The notes beneath the pieces are model-generated. The model was not told where the DNA came from and ran no database searches. It saw only the letters and a list, made by a program, of their open reading frames with translations. A program made the position numbers and the translations under genes. Positions 11,440 to 22,260 of a stretch of 64,000 bases of DNA are shown in pieces. Each line of letters opens with the position of its first letter. The stretch's first letter is position 1. This stretch comes from Selaginella moellendorffii (taxonomy: Eukaryota > Plantae > Lycopodiophyta), in NCBI RefSeq assembly GCF_000143415.4, contig NW_003314275.1, positions 2,546,908 to 2,610,907 of the forward strand, in the 5' to 3' direction.

Positions 11440-13599
11440 ATGCTGCGCGCGCGTCGCCATCGCGCCACGATCACTCGCCAACATCGAAAGGGATTTGCTT
11501 CCAGCAGCGGCACTGGTCACGACAGCGACATTAGAGGATTGCGAGCCGCGATTGAGGAGCTGGAGCTCTGCGATCGTGTGCGCTGCGACGAGGTCTACGC
11601 CCGCCTCCTCCGGCAGTGCGCGGATTTGAGGGCGCTGCCCGAGACGCGGCGGATCGACGCGCACATCTCCGCCTCGGCAGAGTTCCATGGGAATCGATTC
11701 CTGGGAAATCTCCTCGTCAAGGCGTATGGCAATTGCGGCAGCGTGGACGATGCTAGATCGGCGTTTGCGGGCATCCGGCAGACGAAGAACAGCCACACTT
11801 GGAACTTGCTCCTGGCCGCGTATGCCAAGAACGGGCATCGCGAGAAATGCGTGGGTCTCTTCGAGCAAATCCCAGAGAAGAACGTTATGTCGTGGAATTT
11901 CCTGATCCAGGCGCACTCGAGCAAGGACGAGCTTGTAAATGCGCGAAAGGTTCTTGAGAAAATGCCCCACCGCAACATGATCTCCTTCACGATTCTGATA
12001 TCCTGTCACACCCAGTACGGGGATTTGGATCTCGCGAGAGATTTCTTCGATCAGATGCCCGAAAAGGACACCGTCGCATGGAATTCGATGCTCCAGGCAT
12101 ACGTCCGTCACCGAGATATTGTCTCCGCGAAAGAGATGTTCGACGCCATCGCTCCCAAGACCCTCGTCACGCTCACGACAATGATTCGCGCGTATGCCCA
12201 GACAGGGCATATCGATCATGCCCGAGAGATCTTTGATACGATCCATCACCCGGACGCCATAGCCTGGAACATCATGATACAGGGCTACTGCGACGCTGGC
12301 TCAATCGATCAAGCAAGGATTTTGTTCCAGAGAATGCCAGATCCAGATGCCTTTACTTGCAGCTTGATGCTATCGGGATTTGCCGCGATGGGGCTTGTGG
12401 ATGATGCAAAAGCTCTCTTTGATAGATCGCGGCAGGAGGACCCAGTCGCGTGGAATTCTATGATCACGGCCTACGCTCACAGTGGCCGTGTTGAAGAAGC
12501 CAAATTTCTCTTCGATCAGCGCCCGGATCATCACAAGCACGTCGCGAGCTCCTGGAACGCGATGATCGCCGCGTATGCCGAAAACGGGCATCTAGTCGAG
12601 GCAGCGGGCTTGCTGGAAGCAATGCCACCGGCGATCCAGAACGAGATCTCTTGGAACACTCTTCTCTGCGGATTCGTGAGCCGCGATATGTTGGATCAGG
12701 CCAAGGATGTCTTCGAGAGGATCCCAATCAAGTCGGTGCTCGCCGCCAACACCATGCTCGCGGCGTATGCCCTCACCGGGCAGCACATCAAGGAGGCGAT
12801 GAGCGTGTTCACCACGATCGATGATCCGGATCCCGTGTCGTGGGCGTCGATCGTGGGTGCCCACGCGCGAGCTGGGCAGGGAAGAGAAGCGATCCGTCGA
12901 TTCCAGCTCATGGATCTGGCCGGGGTGAGGCCGAAAGAGGCAGCCCTCACTGCTGTTCTTGACGCCTGCTCCTCGATCTCCTCCTCGGGGCTGCGATTTG
13001 GCCGCATCATCCACGGCGAGATTGAGGACGATCGAGGGCTGGCGCTGGGGAATTCGCTGCTCAACATGTATGGGAAATGCGGTGCTAGCATCGAGGAGGC
13101 CGAGATGGTCTTTGCAAGAATGGCGACGAGGAACACCGTGTCGTGGAACGTGATGCTCGCGGGCTATGCACAAAACGGGCATAGCTCGCAAGTTCTCGAG
13201 CTCTTCGCGGTGATGATCCTGGAAGGCGAGGCCCCGCCCAGCAAGATCACTCTCGTCTCGGTCCTCTCGGCTTGCAGCCACGCCGGGCTCCTCCACGACG
13301 GCCTCGCTTGCTTCGCATCGATCCGCGACGACTTTGGCATCGGTGCGCATGAGGATCACTACAAATGCGTCGTGGATCTTCTGGGCCGATCAGGCCAGCT
13401 CGAGGCGGCCGAGAGTTTCATCCAGAGCTTGCCGTTCAAGGCCGACAGTGGAGTGTGGACAGCGCTCTTGAGCGCTTGTAGCAGCCAAGGAAGCGTCCAT
13501 GGAGGAGCTCGAGCGGCGCTAAGCATGGTGGATACTGAGCCAGGGGAATCGTCACTGCCATACGTGATGCTCTCCAACATCCATGCCACTACTAATTGA
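11440..13599 (+). CDS. Intronless PLS-class PPR protein, E-type without DYW
   Basis: About 720-aa ORF with tandem SWNxMIxAYA repeats, VSVLSACSHAG, HYKCVVDLLGRSG, VWTALLSAC, ending PYVMLSNIH. Confidence 0.93.
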   Translation: MLRARRHRATITRQHRKGFASSSGTGHDSDIRGLRAAIEELELCDRVRCDEVYARLLRQCADLRALPETRRIDAHISASAEFHGNRFLGNLLVKAYGNCGSVDDARSAFAGIRQTKNSHTWNLLLAAYAKNGHREKCVGLFEQIPEKNVMSWNFLIQAHSSKDELVNARKVLEKMPHRNMISFTILISCHTQYGDLDLARDFFDQMPEKDTVAWNSMLQAYVRHRDIVSAKEMFDAIAPKTLVTLTTMIRAYAQTGHIDHAREIFDTIHHPDAIAWNIMIQGYCDAGSIDQARILFQRMPDPDAFTCSLMLSGFAAMGLVDDAKALFDRSRQEDPVAWNSMITAYAHSGRVEEAKFLFDQRPDHHKHVASSWNAMIAAYAENGHLVEAAGLLEAMPPAIQNEISWNTLLCGFVSRDMLDQAKDVFERIPIKSVLAANTMLAAYALTGQHIKEAMSVFTTIDDPDPVSWASIVGAHARAGQGREAIRRFQLMDLAGVRPKEAALTAVLDACSSISSSGLRFGRIIHGEIEDDRGLALGNSLLNMYGKCGASIEEAEMVFARMATRNTVSWNVMLAGYAQNGHSSQVLELFAVMILEGEAPPSKITLVSVLSACSHAGLLHDGLACFASIRDDFGIGAHEDHYKCVVDLLGRSGQLEAAESFIQSLPFKADSGVWTALLSACSSQGSVHGGARAALSMVDTEPGESSLPYVMLSNIHATTN

Positions 13600-13734
13600 T
13601 AATCAGATTGTAGTGTGTTGTTGATTATAATTGACTATCGTTGACTTGAATTAGAAGCCTGGTGGGCCCATATACGTTAGTGTCCTGACCTAGCCAGACG
13701 CTTAAAATTTGTACATTTTAAATATTTTGCAAAC

Positions 13735-13806
13735 ATCAGAGTGGCGCAGCGGAAGCGCGGTGGGCCCATAACCCACAGGTCGGAGGATCGAAACCTCCCT
13801 CTGATA
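13735..13806 (+). tRNA. Cytosolic initiator tRNA-Met (CAT)
   Basis: ATCAGAGTGGCGCAGCGGAAGCGCGGTGGGCCCATAACCCACAGGTCGGAGGATCGAAACCTCCCTCTGATA (72 nt). A1-U72 pair, GATCGAAAC T-loop typical of eukaryotic initiators, and a T-tract Pol III terminator just downstream. Confidence 0.97.
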
Positions 13807-13969
13807 ATCGCGTTTTCTTTTTCTTACATTGGCCTGGATCTTATTGCAATGAATCAAGACAATGTTGATACTACCAAAAATGTCTTTTCACTATAGCTAA
13901 AAGCTCACAGCAATTCTTCTTGCAGTCTGTATTCACAAGTGTGCAGCTGAGGGTTCTTCTGTCTACATG

Positions 13970-15515
13970 TTAAAACAGTCCAATTCTCGGCGATCCGTAA
14001 TGTTTCTGGCTCCTGATGAGTTCTTGAGTTCGTTCCATGATCTGCAAGAAAAATGTTCTTGTGAGTTCCTGAGACAATGAAAGAGAAAACCAAGATTAAT
14101 GCAGTTAACTTGCCTTCACAGCGATTATTGACGGAGTAAGTTCACATATGTCCTTGGCATTCATCTCATTCGCAATCACTGCATGCAAAGGATGTGAGCG
14201 ATAAGAAAACCATCTTTGTTAGAAAACTTACTCTTTAGGCACACGGAAACGTCAGCGTTCTTGTAAGCCATGCCTCTCTCCTCGTAAAGCTTTGTTAATC
14301 GAGCTAACGTCTGCAAATAACAATGACCAGAAAATTAAAATATAAGACAAAAGATAAGAATGCTTTCAAGCTATACCTGTTCATGAGCAAACTCTCGCTG
14401 CGGCTCTCCCAGAAGTGGTCTCTTCTCCGTCCCAGCAGCCACAACACGCTTGGCTAATGCGTCCAATGGAACATCCAGATAGACAGTGATCCCATGTCTC
14501 ATATAACCCCTGACAACGACACCACAAGGCGTTCTTATCCTCTTCTCTCGATTATAGAGAGAAAACGACTATCTTATCTTACCAGTTTTGTGGTCTCACC
14601 ACAGCACCTCCTCCTGTCGCTACTACCAATCGATACATCCCAGATAATTGGCTTAAAACCTCACTCTACATTATCCACAAAACAATAGAAAAAACATCAG
14701 ACACTGAAGATAGACACGTTTCAAGGCCACAAGACAGTGGGGATCACTCACCTCAGCATCGCGAAAGCCTTCCTCGTTGCTTTGCTTGAAGATCTGAGCT
14801 ACACTGGCGCCGCCGGCGGCCTGCTCAACAAGCTTGTCACTGTTTCTCCACGAAGAAAGTCCATCAAGTGGTGCGACGAAGCAAATCGAAAGAAAAAAAC
14901 GAGATACACCAACCTGTCAAAGAAGTAGTACCCGAGCGCGTCCGACAAGTGCTTTCCCACAGTACTCTTTCCACTGCCCATCATCCCTGTGGACGAGAAA
15001 ACGAAGTTGTGTTAAAGAAAAAGAGAAAGAGAAAGGAGAACGAGAGAGAAAAGCGAAGTGGTACCAATTAGAAACAGGCACGTCCCTTTGAGGTCCCTGG
15101 CCAATTCCTTGCCTTTGCTCTGAGAATGTATGGTCGTCCACTTAGCATTAAGAGGAAAAGAAGAACACAAAAGGAACCTATGGATCGCACCTTTAGAGCT
15201 GTATCGACGCTGGTGGATTCTGTGGCTGCGAGAGAGAAATCGATCAGACGAAAAAAACGTGTTCTCGAAATTCGAGAGAAATTCTCGGCACATACCAGCT
15301 ACATTCGCGTTCTGCGAGCACAGCAGCACCACCGGGCGCCTGGCGCGATGATGAATCTGCGACGGATTCCTGCAAGAGACGAGATTGATGCGCGATTGCC
15401 TCCCAAAATGCAGCTCCTCACGAGAGAATCCCAGCCTCCGGAATCCATCGCCGCCGCGGAGCTCCACGAAATTCGAGGACGATGTCCCTGCCGAAGGCGC
15501 CAAGACGCAATCCAT
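13970..15515 (-). CDS. SK: Plastid shikimate kinase (copy 1)
   Basis: Transit peptide MDCVLAPS..., GMMGSGKSTVG, FFDSDKLVE, FRDAE, VVATGGGAVVRPQNW, ITVYLDVPLDALAKR, RPLL. Ends ...PRIGLF*. Confidence 0.93.
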
Positions 15516-15769
15516 GGCGCACGATCGATCGAATGCCCACAATTTCTTGAGCTAGGGTTGGGCTTTTATCTGCTGCACAACCACAGCCGTTCGATGTGAC
15601 CAGCCCAACGGCGGCGATTCAACGCGATCATACGAGTCAACAAGCTTACATTTTTGAATGGTAGGCCGCCGGCGCTTCTGGACTTGACAGCCGTTAGATT
15701 TGGATTTGGGAAGGGCAAGGCGGGGTATATTCCGTCCACGTCTTAGGGCTAACGAGGCAAAAGAAAAAA

Positions 15770-18231
15770 ATGAGCTGGTGCGCTCGAGCTAGGGCGCCGG
15801 GCGGGCGCGCTCTCCTTTTGTCCTCGAGATTTCGCCGCTTCTACGCGTAAGTCCCTCCACATCCTTCTCGGGGCTGGAATTTCTCGTGTTTTTGCGCTAG
15901 AATGCTTGAATTTTCGAGATTTTTTTGCCTATGTAGCAATGCTCTCGAGGCTGGCTGGAGCTTGAAATGCCTCATTTTTGCTACTGATTTATTCCTTTCT
16001 CGTTCCTTTCAGCTCTGCGACAGCGCAGCCATCTGAAACAATCGATGATTTATCGCCGCAGCCTTCAGCTAGACCACCATGTAAGCTGGCAATTTTCTAC
16101 TCTTCTTGCGTTTGAATTTTGTAAAAAAAATTTTCTTGTTTCTTTTTTGTTCGTGCAGCAGACGATCTCTTGTCGGCTGAGGCACTCACTCCCGCGAAAG
16201 TCGTAGCTTTGTTGGATCGTCACATCGTCGGCCAAACCGGAGCCAAGCGTGCGGTTGCAGTGGCATTGCGTACGCGCTCGTCAGCCTTTGCTGCTGCCTG
16301 TTATCTGACTCCATAGGTGGTGCACTAGAATTTTCTCTTTCTTTTTTTTTCACTTCTTCTTTCATGCCTTCTTTTAGAAACTTGGTTGCTTTTTGCGTGT
16401 AAGTTTCTAGATTCTGTTGTACTGAAGTTCTTGAGCCGTCTGCACGCAGGAAATCGATGGCGGCGACACCGTATTCCTTCTCAATATCGAGAGGAGATTC
16501 TTCCCAAAAATATACTTATGATCGGACCAACTGGTTGCGGGAAAACGGAAATTGCGAGACGGTTGGCTAAAATGGCGGATGCTCCGTTTATAAAAGTGAG
16601 GAAGTGTTTTTATTCTTCGTTTGTTTTTAACTCATATTTTCTAACAGGTGGAAGCTACGAAATTTACAGAAGTTGGATTTCATGGCCGAGATGTGGACCA
16701 GATCATTCGGGACCTTGTTGAGAATGCTATATTACTGCAACGAGAAAAGGTGTTTTAAAACTCAACAAAGCGAGTTTTTTCAACTCTCTTCTTTCAGGTG
16801 CGAACCAGAATTTCAAAAGAGGTGGAGGAAGCTGTTGAGAACAGGATCCTGGACGCGTTGATCGGTTTGACCCTCGCTATTGAGGTTTTTGTTTTTGCGG
16901 CTTTTTGGTCTGTCTGTGGCTGAACATGTTTTAGCAGGAGGACAATGTGGATACGAGTTCATTGGAGACACTACGCAAGGCTTATAAGAAAGGGGAAATT
17001 GATAACCGCAAGCTAGTGCTGGACGTTCCCGAGGGAGGAAGAGTGCGCGTCCCTATTGAAGTCACAGGAGGTGGTCTTCCTATAAACGATCTTATTTTCA
17101 AGGTACTACGCCTCTGCATGAAAGGAATTGGTATTGACGTCTCGATTTCCTCTAGATAGAGAAAGCTTTGAAATCCCCGAAAGTCGAACGCCGTGAAGTA
17201 ACTGTCGCCGAGGCCAGACAAATGCTCTCGGAAATGGAAGTCGAAAAACACCTTCAGTCCGATCAGATCATCAAAGATGCAATACGTGTACACGCTAGTG
17301 TTTTTGGTCTCGTTTCCCTGGATGTTAATGGCTTCCACTTGCAGGCAACGGAGTCTGACGGCATTGTATTTATAGACGAGATCGACAAAATCGTTACAAC
17401 TAGCGAAGCCAGATTTGGAGCGGATGCAAGTGCGGAAGGTGTACAGCGGGACTTGCTTCCTATTATCGAAGGCAGGTAAATTATTACCACGTTGGTTTTC
17501 CTTCCGTGCTAAGCTGGTCCTCCTTTCAGCGTTGTAAACACGAGACACGGGAATGTGAACACCGATCACATTCTTTTCATTTGCAGTGGCGCCTTTCACT
17601 CTTGTAAGCCAAGTGACATGCTTGCTGAGCTACAAGGACGTCTGCCTATCCGTGTTGAACTGAAAGGTCTCACTCGCACGGTAAGTCGCGCTGGAAGTGT
17701 TGCAGCATCTCTACCATGCTAACAGCCATTCTTTCCAGGATTTGTACCGTATTCTAACCGAGCCTGAAATAAATATGATCAAGCAACAACAGCTTCTTAT
17801 GGCTACCGAAAGTGTGGAGCTTGTTTTCTCCGACGACGCCATAAAGGAACTAGCCAATGTTGCGGCTGAGGCAAGTGTTCTTGTGGGGATTTCTTAGCTT
17901 ACTCATTGCTGAAAAATAAAACACGTTACAGGTGAATACTTCTTTGGACAACATTGGTGCTCGGAGACTTCACACGGTAACGCATTTTCTTCCTCAATAG
18001 CGAAATGTTCCCACTGGTTTTGTTTGATCCAGGTAATTGAGAAGGTAGTAGAAGATATTAGCTTCAATGCTCCAGAAAGAGCTGGGCAAGCTTATCACAT
18101 TGACAAGCAAGTAAGTTTCATCGATCGCTTGACGAATTCATGGTTCTATTTGTTTCTTTCTTTCGCAGAAAGTAAGAGATGCTGTTGGAGAGCTCTTGAA
18201 GAAAACCGACTTATCAAAGTTTGTTCTCTAA
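15770..18231 (+). CDS. hslU: HslU (ClpY) AAA+ ATPase subunit of the HslUV protease, with probable mitochondrial presequence; about 13 introns
   Basis: [120 protein letters not shown]-terminal DLSKFVL*. Confidence 0.96.
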
Positions 18232-18801
18232 AGAGCACTCGCCCAGGTAACTGGCCACAGCCTCAACAGGAAGATTGGGCCCGGGCACAAGAAGCTCAAG
18301 GATCGCGCCATCCCTCGGTTGAAACCCATCTTCAGCTGAAAACCACTTGGCATCTCAGCATCCCAAAGAGGACATGATGAATCAGCTTGGTGGCGGCGGT
18401 ATTGAAACCATGCTGAGGCGCAAAAGTGTAGAATCCCGGTTGATCAACGCAAAAACCTTCACACAAAAAACAAGAAAACAAAGAAAAGAAGAGGAGTTGA
18501 TCCTGAAACCATCGTCTGGAAAACTTTCTTCGATTTGGATTTGGATATTTGCACGGAGATCTCCCTGAAGAAAATTTTGTCCAGCAACCAGAGGGTTACC
18601 AGAAGCAGCCTGGAATGGTTTGTCCCCTGAAGGCTCAAACAATCTCCTAAGGTTTCTCAGCTTCATTGGATTTTCCAGAAACGCTGCTGATCAAAATGTA
18701 TACCAGTATGAAAAGATGATGGTCCTTATTGCTTTATATATTGATGATTTGATCCTGGTCACAAAATGTCTTGCTTTTCTACAAATGATCTAAGAGTAGA
18801 T

Positions 18802-18929
18802 TGATCTCGGCAATATTAAGTTCTGTCTTGGTCTTAATACTGGGACAATTCATTGCTCACTCACAGTGCTGTGAGGGATGAATTGTCCCAATATTAAGAC
18901 CAAGACAAAACTTAATATTGCCGAGATCA
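18802..18929. repeat. Inverted repeat with 52-bp arms inside the copia remnant
   Basis: 18802-18853 is the reverse complement of 18878-18929 with 2 mismatches. The loop contains the inner palindrome ctcacag-tg-ctgtgag. Confidence 0.92.
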
Positions 18930-19342
18930 TCTGCTCAGCGCTATGAGGAAGGAATTCTGAAACGGTTTAATATGCATGACTGTATTCCAGTTTCCACTCC
19001 CATGGAACTTAATCTTCAGCTTTGCTCATCTCAGTCTCCGACCACTGAAGCTGAGCGCACATCCATAAGAGTATTTGGTATCGTGCACCAGTTGGAAGCC
19101 TTATTATCTGGTTATCTGTACCCGCCTTGGCGCTTAAATACTCTCCGTGTCCCAGATGAGTAATTCCAATTGCGAGGTTCTGATTGAGCCGGTGACAATG
19201 ATACAAGAAAATCCACATCTGATGCCTCAACTTTAATATGGAGGAGCAGGAAACAAAGCATCACAGCTCTGTCTTCTGCCGGCGTGCAAGGAAGCTGTCT
19301 GGCTTAGCTTGTTGCTCATAGAGATTGGACATTTTCCTCTCT

Positions 19343-19550
19343 AGCCAACGATGCTATTTTGTGACAACATCAACACTATTGCTCTTTCAGCTACATCTAA
19401 GTTTCATGACCGAACCAAGCACATCCAGCTCCATTATCTCCGGGTGTTATTCTCCTCCAATTCTGTTCGACCACTGAGCACCGGTCATGAATTTGGATGT
19501 AGCTGAAAGAGCAATAGCGCTAATATTGTCACAAAGTAGCATCGTTGGCT
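19343..19550. repeat. Inverted repeat with about 70-bp arms inside the copia RNaseH remnant
   Basis: agccaacgatgcta...ctattgctctttcagctacatc...tcatgaccg (19343-19412) versus cggtcatga...gatgtagctgaaagagcaatag...tagcatcgttggct (19482-19550). Confidence 0.9.
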
Positions 19551-19598
19551 GTTGGCTGGAGTCCACAATCTAAGCCAGACAATAGACTGATGAGCCAT

Positions 19599-19820
19599 GC
19601 CAATGAGTAGGCCTTGACCTAACTAACTTTCTTGTGACAATTCTCTAGCTTGCTTACTCAAATTAAAAACACTTACAGGTAAATACGCCTTTGGATAGCA
19701 TTGATTTGCTTGATCTAGTGGAAAATATTAGTTTCAATGCTCCAGAGAGAGATTATCACATTGACAAGCAAGCAAAGAAAAAAAAAGCGATTGTAGAGCT
19801 CTTGGGTTTATCGAAGTTAA
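19599..19820 (+). pseudogene. Degenerate duplicate of the hslU 3' end
   Basis: [18 protein letters not shown] matches hsl[22 protein letters not shown]. The flanking intron sequence (gcttactca...acttacaggt) also matches 17898-17933. Confidence 0.85.
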
Positions 19821-20010
19821 AAATTAAACTTGTGGCTTCCACTGCGCCACGTCGGAAAACGCCATCCTTTTGCAATTGGTCCATGTCAGCAAGATACTCA
19901 AGCAGTGATTGGTACACGTCAGCAGCCCTAAATACCTATCGGGATTTCATCACTCTTGTGGAGCTCTTCGAGAAACAAGAGCTACATTTTCTCGACGAAG
20001 CGCGGGCGCG

Positions 20011-21543
20011 ATGGCGGCAGCAATGTCGGCGGCGAGCGTCGGTAATGTAAAGGTGGGAGGATTTCTTGGCAGCTCCAGGGGATTCCAGGCGAATCGGGGC
20101 CGAAATATCGTGTTCTCCAGGAAGATCATGGCCAGCGCCACGAAAGAGGCCCCAAGAAAGGGCGCCAAGGAGGCGATGAAGGATACACTGCTGACGCCGC
20201 GCTTCTACACCACGGATTTCGACGAGATGGAGCAGCTCTTCAATACCGAGATCAACAAGAAGCTCAACATGGAGGAGTTCGAGGCGCTGGTGGCGGAATT
20301 CAAGGCCGACTATAACCAGACGCACTTCGTGAGAAATCCCGAGTTTAAGGCCGCCGCGGACAAGATCACGGGGCCGATGAGGAAGATCTTCGTGGAGTTC
20401 TTGGAGAGGTCGTGCACGGCCGAGTCTCAGGGTTTTTGCTCTACAAGGAGCTGGGAAGAAGGCTCAAGGTACTTTTTTTTCTTCTCTTCTCTCCTCTTTA
20501 CTACACTTCTTTTCTTTCTGCTCTTCTCTTTCTTGCAGAAAACAAATCCCGTGGTTGCGGAGATTTTTACGTTGATGTCACGGGATGAAGCACGGCATGC
20601 AGGGTAAGTTCTCAGTTACTCAGCTGGAAAAAAAGCATCGATCATTTCCTATNNNNNNNNNNNNNNNNNNNNNNNNNNNNNNNNNNNNNNNNNNNNNNNN
20701 NNNNNNNNNNNNNNNNNNNNNNNNNNNNNNNNNNNNNNNNNNNNNNNNNNNNCGACTTTAACTTGGCTCTGGATCTTGGATTTCTGACCAAAGCCCGGAA
20801 GTACACCTTCTTCAAGCCACAGTTCATCTTCTACGCGACGTATCTCTCGGAGAAGATCGGCTACTGGAGGTACATTACTATCTACAGGCACTTGAAGGCC
20901 AATCCGGACTACCAGCTTTACCCGATTTTCAAATACTTTGAGAACTGGTGCCAAGACGAGAACAGGCACGGCGACTTCTTCTCGGCGTTGCTGAAAGCCC
21001 AGCCTCAGTTCTTGAACGACTGGAAGGCCAAACTCTGGGCTCGCTTCTTCTGTCTCTCGGTAAAGCAAACCTTTGGCTCTTCTTGGAATTTTTAGATGCT
21101 CATGCTTCCGCTCTTGCTCTTCCAGGTGTACGTGACAATGTACCTAAATGACTGCCAAAGAACTGCCTTTTACGAAGGAATAGGCCTCGACACTAAAGAT
21201 TTCGACATGCATGTCATCATCGAGGTATTTTAAAGTGAGATGAGAATAGGAACTCACGATCGTTTGTTTTCTCTGACAGACAAACAAGACAACAGCACGA
21301 ATCTTTCCGGCCGTGTTGGATGTGGAGAACCCCGCGTTCAAGGAGAAGCTGGATGAGCTAGTGGTGCTCAACCAGAAACTTATAGCTCTCGGTGACTCTA
21401 CCACTCCAGCTCCTCTGAAGACGCTGCAGAGGCTACCTTTGATTGCCGGAATGGTGTCTGGAATACTGAGCTTGTACCTGATGACTCCAGTCGAGTCTGG
21501 GTCGCTTGATTGTGTCGATTTTGAGCCGCAAGTTGTCTATTAA
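20011..21543 (+). CDS. CHL27: Mg-protoporphyrin IX monomethyl ester oxidative cyclase; spans an assembly gap and has an apparent 1-bp deletion
   Basis: [73 protein letters not shown]. Frameshift near 20425. Confidence 0.95.
20653..20752. other. Assembly gap (100 N)
   Basis: Run of N. Confidence 1.
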
Positions 21544-21628
21544 CAAGGTTATTTTTCTTCTTACTGTGGAATTAGATAACTGTAATTTTTATATAGTATA
21601 AACTTAAATATTATTTGCATTCATCACC

Positions 21629-22260
21629 ATGCTCGATGTTCTTATCATCGCTTTCGTCCCAAAACCAGCGGGAAGTTTTTTGGGAGCTTGAGGAGTTAAT
21701 GAAGGCTACGAAGACACCTCAAGTCGAGGATCGACAGCAAGTAAGTCCAAGGTTGATAAAAACATTCACGTTATGATCCCGATGCAGCGGCTTAGAACTC
21801 TCAAATACCTTCAAAAATTCTCAAGGTGAGCTAGGCAGAGATAAAGTCATGCGACTTTGAAGAGTATGAGACACTATTGCAATTGCATGCGACTTTGAAG
21901 AGTATGAGTCGACTGATACTCTTCAAAATCGACTTTGAAGAGTATGAGACACTATTGCAATTGCAAGGCGTCAGATTTGACTTTAAAAACGAGTCGAGAG
22001 GTTCTATCTAGAGAAAGGAAAAAATGCAGACTCTCGAGAAGTACCTTGGCAACGGTTTTCTCGCAGGAAGTAGCATCCATGACCAAGAACGATATGAAAT
22101 CTCTCGGCCTTACTAAACAGCAGCAAGTAAGTACGCAAGCATCAACAAAGCTTTACTTGGCCTACCGAATTCGTGATGTCGTTGCAGAAGGCCTTGGAGC
22201 TGAAAGCTTTCTTAGATGATCGCGGGCTTTTCGAGTTCTCCAGGGTGCTGCGTTTTCAAG
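21629..22260 (+). pseudogene. Intron-containing fragments of an unidentified gene with a SAM-domain-like motif
   Basis: Short exons bounded by gtaag/cag: ELEELMKATKTPQVEDRQQ, EVASMTKNDMKSLGLTKQQQ, KALELKAFLDDRGLFEF. Interrupted by a rearranged repeat. Confidence 0.35.
21848..21965. repeat. Direct-inverted-direct micro-rearrangement
   Basis: gactttgaagagtatgag occurs three times in direct orientation, plus one inverted copy (gatactcttcaaaatc) forming a palindrome centred on gtcgac near 21910. Confidence 0.9.

Larger units (their letters stand above)
18240..19598 (+). mobile_element. Decayed Ty1/copia retrotransposon remnant (RT-RNaseH)
   Basis: Frameshifted fragments: RLINAKTFTQK, LIALYIDDLILV, DLGNIKFCLGL, QRYEEGILKRFNMHDCIPVSTPME, ACKEAVWL, LFCDN...SKFHDRTKHI. 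Confidence 0.85.

Noticed and set aside
2199-18231. Bacterial contamination or recent HGT of uvrD and hslU
   Set aside because: Both genes carry many spliceosomal introns and are interleaved with plant genes.
19181-19191. TGATTGAGCCG, identical to the 5' half of miR171
   Set aside because: The match stops after 11 nt, lies in copia sequence and has no complementary arm.
21848-21965. CRISPR-like repeat appearance
   Set aside because: Eukaryotic context, no unique spacers and no cas genes; explained by local duplication and inversion.
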